From Octopus vulgaris (taxonomy: Eukaryota): a stretch of DNA of 64,000 nucleotides. The stretch covers positions 82,522,001-82,586,000 of the forward strand of contig OX597823.1 of the NCBI GenBank assembly GCA_951406725.2. The letters are read 5' to 3'. The position numbers were made by a program, and so were the translations under genes. Every line of letters begins with the position of its first letter. Position 1 is the stretch's first letter. The notes below the pieces were generated by a model. That model did no database searches. It saw nothing but the letters and a program-made list of their open reading frames with translations, and was not told the origin of the DNA. Positions 53,776-64,000 of the stretch are shown one piece after another.

Positions 53776-53779
<4 letters not shown>
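53475..53779. repeat. Near-perfect palindrome, 149-bp arms, 7-nt loop, between (TA)n tracts
   Basis: 53475-53623 is the reverse complement of 53631-53779 except at the pair 53573/53681. Loop atctgga. Confidence 0.97.
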
Positions 53780-53817
<38 letters not shown>

Positions 53818-54084
53818 TTATGCTGTGCGTTCAATTATACAACTTCGGCCGTTGGACCGGTGTCTTCTACTGTCGCGCAGGGCGACTATTGCTTTGTGAT
53901 TGAATTTGGTACATGGAAACTGTGTGGAAGCCTGACTTATTTGTTTATATGTGTGTTTGTGCCTTCGAATTGTTCGACGAAATCCCCCAACTTAGTGCTC
54001 CAGCATGACCGCAGTCTAATGACTGAAACAAGTACAAGGCAAATCATATATATTATATCATATTAGAGGGACGTGGTTTACTCA

Positions 54085-54295
54085 GAGAAAAGGAGACGGG
54101 GATAAAGAGAGAGAGAGAGAGAGAGAGTGATTGGGGAGGGGGGTATAAAAATAAAATGAGAAAATCTTTCTTTGTCTTCCTTAGATGAGGAGAGAGACAG
54201 AGAGAGACAGACAGACAGGGGGTGAAGACACGTAGAGGAGGTGAAGATAGACAGAATGTATGTGTGAATGTGTGAACGTCAATAGAAAATATTAC

Positions 54296-54386
<91 letters not shown>

Positions 54387-54387
54387 T

Positions 54388-54441
<54 letters not shown>

Positions 54442-55093
54442 AGAGAGAGAGCAATAAGAAAATGATATATATATATATATGTATATATATGCGGTGAGAG
54501 AGAGAGAGAAACAAATGCTCATATAGCAAGAACGAATGAAAATATAGAAAGTGTTTATATGTAAAGAGGAGAGCAAGGAGAGAAGGATAGTCGAAAAATA
54601 AAGTAAGAGTTAGTGAGAGAGAAATAAAAAGAAAGAGTGAGAAGTGTGAGAGAGAGAGAGAGAGAAGTGTGTGTGAGAGAGAGAAAAAGAATGTGTGTGT
54701 GTGTGCGTGTGTGTATTTGGTTATGCGCAAGAGCATGTTTCAGGTATGCGTATATGTTGTTTTGCGCCATCGGATGCTTGTATGTGTGTGTGTGTATGTG
54801 TGTGTGTACCTCAGCATAATTATGAATGAGTGTGTATGTGTGTGGGTATGTATGTGTGTGTGAGTGTGTATGTGAATGGAGCTCAGCATAGTTATCTGTG
54901 TGGGCATGTATGTGTGTGTGTGTATGTGCGTGTGTGTGTGTGTGTGTGTGCATGTATTATGCGCCAAGGCCCGTCAATGGGAACGAGTGTCCGCAGTGAG
55001 TGAGTGAGTGAGTGTGTGTGTATGTGTGTGCATGTGTGTATGTATGTGTGTGTGTGTGTGTGTGTGTGTATTTGTGTGTGTGAATAGTTGAAC

Positions 55094-55124
<31 letters not shown>

Positions 55125-55740
55125 CACTGCGATTATACGAGACTGTTATGCGCAAGTGTGTGTATATGCGTGTATTATGCGCCATTCTGTGTGTATGTGT
55201 GTCTGCGTCAATAGTGATATATATATATATGCGCGTATATCTGTCCGTATGTGTGTGTGTGTGTGTGTTGTGAACGTGTGGATGTGTACGTATATGTGTA
55301 TGTGTGTGACTATGAAGCAAATCAATAGAAAAACGTCCGACTTAGCAAAGGTCTACGACAATGTAATGAAACAAGCTGTAAAGTTTACCGGTGGCTTTAA
55401 TAGTGAGGGCGGTGATGGTGGTGATGTAGGTGTTGGTGTTGGCGGTGGTGTTGGCGGTGGTGTTGGCGGTAGTAGTGGTGTGGAAAGAGAGGAGGAAAGA
55501 AAATAGTGGCAGATGAAGGAGAAGCGGGGTGGGAAGATGCAACTGGCCGGCAACTTGGCTGCTGTCCGGGACAGCATCGAAATTTGCTGCTGCTGCTGCT
55601 CCTGCTACTACTGCTGCTGTTAATGGTGATGATGATGATGATGCAAATGACGATGATGATCATGATCATCATCATCAACATCATCCTGCAGCATTTTACT
55701 ACAACCACTACTCCCACTGCTGCTGCTACTATTACGAGAA
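54085..55740. repeat. Long low-complexity tract: (GA)n, (TA)n, (TG)n and mixed trinucleotide repeats
   Basis: Directly visible. It explains the overlapping spurious ORFs here. Confidence 0.9.
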
Positions 55741-56016
55741 ATGGCCAGCTGTGTTTTTTTGTTTCTTTTTCTTTTTTGTCTTTTTTATAACCGGGACTCA
55801 CCCAAACCACCTCCTCATGGCTACTGCATATACTAGTTTACTTCAAAACCTTGTACCTGCAGCAAAGCTTTTCATATCCCCCTTTACCTTAATTAATTAG
55901 GTTCCCTTTACTTTTTTCTTTATCTATTAATCCTTGCCTCTCTCTCTCACCCTTTCTCCCACTTTCTCTCTTTCTGAGTATGCCTTTTACCAACTTCATT
56001 CTGTTCACACACTTTT

Positions 56017-56103
<87 letters not shown>

Positions 56104-56142
56104 CTCCCTCCCTCCCTATCTTTCTATCTATCTATCTATCTA
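56017..56142. repeat. (TCTA)n microsatellite
   Basis: Directly visible. Confidence 0.95.
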
Positions 56143-56146
56143 CCTC

Positions 56147-56445
56147 AGTGGTTGGGTTCACGCAACGAAATAATAAATTGGGGATCTACAATTGTATTTT
56201 AAGGGCCCCTGAAAAACATTTGCTTTAAATGTATGTATTAGTATGTATTGCAAGAAACAGTTAGGTTTCTTTCTCTAATATTTTACATAATTCAACCTAC
56301 ACAAGTTAATGTGTGAAAAATAAAACAGAAGTTTTGAAAGAAGTTTCCATGAAACTAGTTTTAAACATTGAATAACTATGGGGGCCCACCAGAGTAAAAT
56401 AGTAATCAAAGGAGACCACAGATAAAAAATGGTTGAGAAAACCCG
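56147..56445. mobile_element. Possible degenerate hAT-type MITE
   Basis: Left end cagtggtt..., right end aaaaatggttgagaaaacccg, internal gggccc motifs resembling Charlie/MER5-like ends. The TIR match is poor. Confidence 0.4.
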
Positions 56446-57071
56446 ATCTATCTCTTTGCCATTCTATCGCTTTGCCATTCTTTCCATTTCTCTCTATATC
56501 TCTGTATCTCTCTATTTTATCTCTCTGTCTCTCTATCTGTCTATCTCACATTAACAAGTCACACTAACACACACCAAGAAATAATGACTACCTATGACCT
56601 TTCATTCATTCTCTCGCTTCTCCACCCGAAAGCAATTTTAGTTCCTCGCCTCTCCTTCCTCCTCTAACTCCACTCTCTTTCTCTCTCACTTTGTCTCTCT
56701 ACACATACTCTTCACTCACCTCCATTACCAAACTTTCAACTACAGTCTATGACATTTCGTCATCGCCCACAATCTAATATTCTCCTTTGCGTTCTCACTC
56801 ACAATTAATGCATCTCCGTGTCCCTGTACCCTATATATAGACTCATACGTTTGTGTGTGTGTGTGTGTGAGAGAGCGCTTGTTTGTGTGTGTGAAACTCC
56901 GAGCTGTGTACTTTACTTTAGTACTCTTACAGGCGTTTGGTATTCCTTCACTAGAGACTTTCGTTGTAGTCTCGAAAACTATTTATGACATTTTGTAAAT
57001 TGTTAGTTGAGCACTTTTCTGACATATACTTTAAGTTATGTGTACTTACATGCATTATATATATATATATG

Positions 57072-57147
<76 letters not shown>

Positions 57148-57453
57148 ATATACATATATATATGTATATATACAGACATACTTACATATACACGTATATA
57201 AATTTAGCTGTTTTCGAAGTTTTGCCAAAGAAGGCTTATCAAACGCACATCCAATCGTGCACACACGTACGTAAAGATGTAGAAAGCTAGACTTAGCAAT
57301 TTCACTGCCGCTGTTGGACGGTTTCCGTCTGTTAGTGATGCACTTCTGTGCTTTGTAGCACTCTATGTGTATACGAGATGCTTTCTCGCGACAAATGCCG
57401 CCGTTTTGTGGCTTTCTACATGTATTTGCACATTAAAATAAACAATCATTCCA

Positions 57454-57490
<37 letters not shown>

Positions 57491-57688
57491 GCATCTATAA
57501 ATGTGTGTGTAAGATATACATACATGTCTGTGTGTGCATATATATATTCACACACGCATACACACACATAACGGGCAGAGAGGCAGACAGACAGGTTGTA
57601 GGTCTTGCAGACACAGGTGTTTCTACACAAGCACAATTTGCACAAAAAAAGAAAAGAAAAGACACCTGACTACAGCACAAACATTACT

Positions 57689-57720
<32 letters not shown>

Positions 57721-57845
57721 CATACATACATACATACATACGTATCTACTAGTAGAATACAAAGTTAGAAAATACATAGGCATTTAGATACGTAGATATA
57801 TAAGTAAATAAATATATAAGCAAATGCATTTATATATATATATAT

Positions 57846-58009
57846 ATCATCATCATCATGATCGTTTAACGTCCGTTTTCCGTGCTAGCACGGGTTGGAC
57901 GGTTCGACCGTGAGTGTAGCGAGTGCTTTTAATGTGCCACCGGCACAAGTGCCAGCGGAGGCTGGAAGCGGCCTCGATCGGTTGGTGCTTTTTACGTGCC
58001 ACCAGCACA

Positions 58010-58010
<1 letters not shown>
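57846..58010 (-). mobile_element. 3' end of a retroposon with a (GAT)n tail
   Basis: catcatcatcatgatcgtttaacgtccgttttccgtgctagcacgggttggacgg, with the internal direct repeat gtgcttt..a.gtgccacc.gcaca. Sits between (TA)n tracts. Confidence 0.6.
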
Positions 58011-58084
<74 letters not shown>

Positions 58085-58447
58085 TATACAGAGAGAAAGA
58101 GAGAGACCGATATGCGTAGCTAAAGAATAAAAATAGAGAAATAGATTGACAAATTGGATACACAGATAGAAAGATAGAAAGACTGTTAGATAAATAGATC
58201 GACAGTCAGATTTTCAGACACATGCAGACACCTGGACGTGTAAATGGGTAGGTAAGTAGATAGGAAAGACAGACTAGGAAAAGGGAAGAAGGCGAATTGA
58301 GGACACAGCATATTTAAGTACAGCTTAGTAAGGATTATTGGAGTAAGAAGATTATTTCGATACTAATATACTTTTAACGTAATTTACCGGAAGTTGTGAA
58401 ACAATTGAGGAGCCGGTTTTAGATTGGGAAGAGAATAGGAGCTTAGT

Positions 58448-58505
<58 letters not shown>

Positions 58506-58609
58506 TGTAAAAGCATATTATAAATACATCATATAGATATATGTGTGTATATATATATATATGTGTATATATGAATATATATATATATGATGCATTTATG
58601 ATATGCATT

Positions 58610-58652
<43 letters not shown>

Positions 58653-59221
58653 AATATTCAAATACGTATATACATATGTGTGCCTGTCTATCTTTGAGTT
58701 AGGGGTTGAAGGACAGCACCCAAGGTTCTTTTCATTGACGGCTATATTGGAAGATAATCTCAGGCTGGAGTTTTGACTAAAGTCTTCCTGCAGTGCGGAT
58801 ACCCCAAAAGTTACCCATGGTGCTGATGATAGTTGTGGTGTTACACCAAACAGCTGCTCAAAGTGACCATCACTTGTTACCAGGAACAGCCCAGTGGACG
58901 TCCTTCTGCACGATATCTATCTACCAAATTTCACTTAAGCGGATTTGATTGGCCGGACGTTATATAACAACAGAACGAGAAGAACACTTATCATTGGTGT
59001 TATACGGTGCGATCGAACTCGACACCTCGTCGTAAGCAAACAGCTATATCTGCTCCAAGAATTAAGTTTTGATTTAATTGAAAATAAAGAGAACGGGTTG
59101 CTGATTTTGGAGTTTCGTCTTCGGGCAACTGTAGTAAACATATAGCAGACATTTTGATCAAAGAAGTTCAAACAGAGATCAACACATCTTTTGCCACTTT
59201 TTAAGCATTTTTGTAAACACT

Positions 59222-60117
59222 AAGATGGCGAGCTGGCAGAATCGTTAGCACGCCGGGCAGAATGCTTAACAGTATTTCGTCCGTCTTTATGTTCTGAGTT
59301 CAAATTCTGCTGAGGCCGACTTTGCCTTTCATCCTGTCGGAGTTGATAAAATAAGTACTGGGGTTGATATAATCGACTTGCCCCTCCCACCAAACTGCTG
59401 GCTTTGTGCCAGAATTTGGGACCAATAATTTTGTAAACACTAGGGTTTAAATTAAAGGAGATTCAACTGCTGGTTCCATTGTTTAGTTTAATTCCTAGGG
59501 TTTATCAACTAAGACAATATTAAAAACAATTATGAGCATAATCGTTAGAGCGTCCGAATGCCTTTAAAGCATTCGTACCGGCTCTTTAAACCGTAAGTTC
59601 AAATCCCTCCGAGGTCAACTTTACTTTTCATCTCTTCGGGGGTCAATAAAATAAAGTACTAGTCAAGTGCTGGTATCGATGGCAACGTATTACTCCTGCT
59701 CTCAAAACTGCTGACCTGGCAGAATCGTTAGCGCATTGAACCAAATGATTTGCTGCATTTCTTCCAGGTCTTTAGGTTCTGAGTTCAATTTCTGCTGAGG
59801 TCAGCTTTGCCTTTAATCCTTTCGAGATTGTTAAAATAAGCACAATATAACGGATTTGCACCTCCCCTCAAAACTGCGGGTTTGTGCTAAAATTTTAAAT
59901 CAATATTACTATGGCGATGAGCTGGCCGAACCGATAACGAGCCGGACAAGATGCTTTAGTGGCATTTCCTCTATCTTACGCTCTGAGTTCAAATTCTGCG
60001 AAGATCGACTTTGCCTTTCATTCTGTCGGGTCGATGAAAGAAGCACCAGTTGAGCGCTGGGGTCGATAATCGACTATCCTCCCCTCCCCCAGAATTCCAG
60101 GTCTTGAACCTAGAGTA
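59222..60117 (+). mobile_element. Cluster of four same-orientation family A SINE copies
   Basis: Copies start at ~59222, ~59540, ~59715 and ~59912, each with a gttcaa(a)tt/cc B-box and ctttgcctttcatc-like core. Confidence 0.85.
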
Positions 60118-61028
60118 GAAAGTGCTATTGTTAGTAGTAGTAGTAATAGTAGTAGTAGTAGTACTAAGACGAAGGGAGAAGGAGAGGCAGCTTAATTACT
60201 AGTGGTGGTATTTATGATAGCAATCGCAAAACAGACAAAAAAGGAAGAAAAAAAAAAACAACTTCAACAATTTCACAGTCCCCTGTCGTCCTGCGTCTTA
60301 CACGTAAGAAATGAATAACTTAAGACGTATTAAACTATCGGCTCCGGGGGTGTATATGTTTACACAGACACACAGAAACACACACACACCCATATCTATA
60401 CGTATATGCACACACACACACACGCACACACACATATATATGTATATATGTGTGAGATTTGAGGGGAGAGCAGGGGTAACACTCCTTCTAAACTGGTTGA
60501 CTGGTCATTCATTAAGAGACAAATACACACAACCACCCACACTGTGAAGTAAGCAAGACAGCTCGTTATTTTAGTATCATTTTATTTTTCTTGTGGTGAA
60601 TAATTTGAGCCGGTTGTACCCAACTTGTGTCAGGCTAAGGTTTAATCTGTATATTTAACTTACATACCAAACTTATGTAAATCGTTCGTAGCAGACAGAG
60701 GGAAAAGAAAGCAAGTGTGAGCTAGTGTGAGAGAAAGGAAGAAGAGAAAAGAAGAAACGGAGAGAGAGGAGAGACACCTAGTTTCTTCTGTCTATCGTCT
60801 GTCAATGATTGCCGCAGTATAGGAACAATGAATGACAGAGTACGTATATGGATAAAGCAGACAAGTATTAATAAGTACAAGCCCATAGTCGTTAGAAAAC
60901 GATTGGTCGAAATGAAATATAGATATTTTTATGTGTGTGTATGTGTATGTATGTGTGTGTTGCGTTTTGAGACAGCTAGAATGCTTTCAAAAAGCTCCAA
61001 ACTGACGACACACTAATTAAATTGTACC

Positions 61029-61044
61029 TATATATGTATATGTA

Positions 61045-61137
<93 letters not shown>

Positions 61138-61208
61138 GCACGCATATATACATATGTATATATCTATATATACACACATATATATATATACATATATATA
61201 TATATATT

Positions 61209-61256
<48 letters not shown>

Positions 61257-61490
61257 TGCGTATGTGTATGTAATAGAGAGGAAGAAAGAGAGAAAGTTAT
61301 ATGTATAACCAATACCCTAAATACGTATGCTTATATATGAATATTCATATATACATACATACACTTAACTATGCATATATATGCATAAATATATGTGCGT
61401 ATATATGAATATATATATATATTATATCGACATATAAGCACACACTCACACACACACAGAGATAGCTAGCTAGCTAGGTACATAGATAGC

Positions 61491-61545
<55 letters not shown>
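61029..61545. repeat. (TA)n/(TG)n/(GATA)n microsatellite cluster
   Basis: Directly visible. Confidence 0.9.
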
Positions 61546-61546
<1 letters not shown>

Positions 61547-62105
61547 AATGACATCGAGTGAGTAAAAAAGAAAGGTATATAGTGAGAGAAAGCGACGGTC
61601 AGCTAGACGAAAGCAGATTAATTACGTTTTATCCAAGCATCTAAGTTTTAAAAACTTTAACAATATAATATAAAAGGAAATATGAACACTGACAACGTTT
61701 CGACGTATTTTTTAGGAGATACACACACTCTTCTCTCTTTGATCTCCCTCTCTCTTTCCCTGTACTTTCGCTGAATTCCCCCTAGGTTTGTACCTTTTCT
61801 GAAATTTGTTTATTGTTCAATCTTAAAAAGACATAAGCGTTCCTTGAAAAACTGGTTTCAAAGAAAAGTAAAAAAAAAACAACAAAAACTAAATAAAGGT
61901 ATTAAAGAAATACAAATAACTGTCTGTATGTATGTTTGCGTGTGTGCACTCGAAAACTGCCCCAAACTACCTGTTGCCTTGATACCTGTCTGCCCTATTT
62001 CAGTTGTCTTGTATAAACACACACACACTCGAACTCGCCGGTTATATGCGCACCACAACTCACCGGCTGCGCACACACACATACGCATACTCTCATTCAG
62101 GTATA

Positions 62106-62191
<86 letters not shown>

Positions 62192-62618
62192 GAGATAGAT
62201 AGATAGATATAAATATAGATATAGATAGATATAGATAGATATAGATAGCTAGAAAAGATAACTGTTTGAGCGTATGTATATAAGTAATCGTATTTAACTA
62301 CTACTTCTAGTAGTACTACTACAACTACTATACACACACACACTCACACACATCGATATAGATTTATGAAGGGGAAAATTTAACTATTGTCTGAAGACTA
62401 GTGTTGAAGAGGAAATACAGGTAAGTAAAAAAAAACGCAGATTACTTAAATACTTAAACAGCAATTAAAGAAAATAAAGTTACTGTGGACCTATTAATCT
62501 ATTAAACTTTTAAAGAGGCAATGACGAGCGAGTAGAGAGCCGTTTAGGACTGACTGAAATGAGTTTCACACTTGAATGTAAATGAAGAGAGGATGACAAA
62601 TGAAAGTTTACAACTTAC

Positions 62619-63151
62619 TCTTTTTGCTGTCTTTCAAGTTGATCGATCAGTTCGGTAACTCGAACGTCCAAGGTAACTTTTTCTTTGTTGGTTGCATCAA
62701 TCAGCTTCCGAGCCTCTTCTAGTTCGGTTTCGTACATCTCCTTAATTGCAGATGTTTCTTTACCCCATTTTGATTTAAGCTCTTCCAGCTCACCGGCTAA
62801 TTTCTTGTTCTGCGCCTCCAAAAATCGGACCTTTTCAATGTAGTTAGCAAACCTTTCATTCAAGTCCCGCAGGTCTTGCTTCTCTCTCTCCCTGTTTGCT
62901 TTAACATTATGGACACTGGTCGAGGTAAGATTGAAAGCTCCAGATACAGGCATTGCTGCGCTGAAATCGTAAGAATGAAATAACCCACTGCTAACATTAC
63001 CGCTGGACCTCGAAGTGCGAGTGGTGACAGACCCTCGAGGGACAATTTTACTCGTGTACATATATCCTCCGCTCCTAGGGTGTGATTTACCATCTTCATA
63101 GCTTGTACTAGAGGTGGTAATCTCCGTCTTTTTCTGCGTTACAGTAGTCAT
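62619..63151 (-). CDS. NF60: Coding exon 1 of a neurofilament-type cytoplasmic intermediate filament protein (Ser/Thr-rich head, coil 1A, linker, start of coil 1B)
   Basis: ORF MTTVTQKKTEITT...REREKQDLRDLNERFANYIEKVRFLEAQNKKLAGELEELKSKWGKETSAIKEMYETELEEARKLID contains the IF helix-initiation motif LNERFANYIEKVRFLE. It ends at a canonical donor AAA GA|GTAAGT (intron starts 62618, phase 2). Assignment to the squid NF60/70/220 orthologue is from recalled similarity, not a search. Confidence 0.95.
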
Positions 63152-63241
63152 TTTTGGACAGATTATTAAAACGAGTTAAATATATCCAAAGAAAAATCCT
63201 AGCTGTTTGATAACGACGCTATTACGATCCGGTAGTTTACC

Positions 63242-63325
63242 GAATGATGTCTGCTCAACAGTTAACATTGACTTATATACTATCCGTTCTGCATTCTGAT
63301 TGGCTGAAACGTACCCGTGACCTCA
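63242..63325 (-). promoter_or_regulatory. Core promoter of the neurofilament gene: CRE/nuclear-receptor-like site, CCAAT box, TATA box, Inr
   Basis: Minus strand reads TGAGGTCA (63325-63318), CAGCCAATCAG (CCAAT at 63303-63299), TATATAAG (63279-63272) and TCATTC (63247-63242, matches Inr TCAKTY). TATA to Inr A is ~32-34 nt, and the predicted TSS ~63245 lies ~94 nt upstream of the ATG. Confidence 0.75.
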
Positions 63326-63514
63326 TTGATTTAAATATTGCAAATTTATCAGGTCAGTTCTTCAATAAAACATGAACTCTTACGTAGAAAGTTGCGTAGA
63401 AATACATATTCATAACGTAAGTGGTTTTTTCCTGCATAGATACACGCATGTTCGGTGTGACCAATGCGACATATAAGATTAAACTAGACATTACACGGAA
63501 TAACATGTAAGCAG

Positions 63515-63548
63515 TGTATATATATATACATACATACACACATACATG

Positions 63549-63594
<46 letters not shown>

Positions 63595-63760
63595 TATGTA
63601 TATGCATGTATGTATGAATTTACTATCAATATTCGGTCATACACATTACATGCACACACACACACACAAATACGCATGCACACTCACACGTATACATATA
63701 CAAATATATATATTTGGATATATGCAGTCAGTCACCTAGTGTGTGTGTGTGTTTATGCCA

Positions 63761-63817
<57 letters not shown>

Positions 63818-63938
63818 TACAGAGCTATAGGCAGTCAAACACATTCAACGCGCACAAGCACACACTCGGCCACACAAACATCAGCATGCATGAAGGTACA
63901 CGCACACATATACACAGGTACGCATATATATATATACA

Positions 63939-64000
<62 letters not shown>
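63515..64000. repeat. (TA)n/(CA)n low-complexity tract upstream of the promoter
   Basis: Directly visible. Confidence 0.9.

Larger units (their letters stand above)
11831..62618 (-). other. Intron 1 of the neurofilament gene (50,788 bp, GT-AG, phase 2)
   Basis: Donor GTAAGT at 62618 and acceptor CCAG ending at 11831 are phase-compatible and give a continuous IF rod. No intervening IF-like exon was seen. Confidence 0.85.

Noticed and set aside
54053-55900. Long ORFs (up to 227 aa) rich in YI/HT/CV/poly-amino-acid runs
   Set aside because: Translations of di- and trinucleotide microsatellites, open in several frames on both strands. The same applies to most ORFs in the track.

Overview
AT-rich, microsatellite- and SINE-dense animal genomic DNA, most consistent with an octopus (coleoid cephalopod). 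The only convincing protein-coding content is the 5' part of a minus-strand cytoplasmic intermediate filament gene that closely resembles, from memory, the squid neurofilament NF60/NF70/NF220 gene. It has a CCAAT-TATA-Inr promoter (~63242-63325), coding exon 1 (63151-62619) and exon 2 (11830-11644), joined in frame across a 50,788-bp phase-2 GT-AG intron. I could not find exon 3 in the window. The rest is intronic: two abundant tRNA-derived SINE families (one forming TSD-bounded multimers), minor SINEs, MITE remnants and long simple repeats. The most unusual signal is a set of short fragments inserted in (TA)n tracts that carry minimal type-I hammerhead-ribozyme-like folds with non-canonical cores (U3-A8 covariation; A6->U), plus a near-perfect 149-bp-arm palindrome. 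These suggest TA-targeting Penelope-like or retrozyme-like elements. All motif calls were made by eye, repeat boundaries are approximate, and ribozyme activity is untested. Almost all other ORFs in the track are microsatellite or SINE artefacts.
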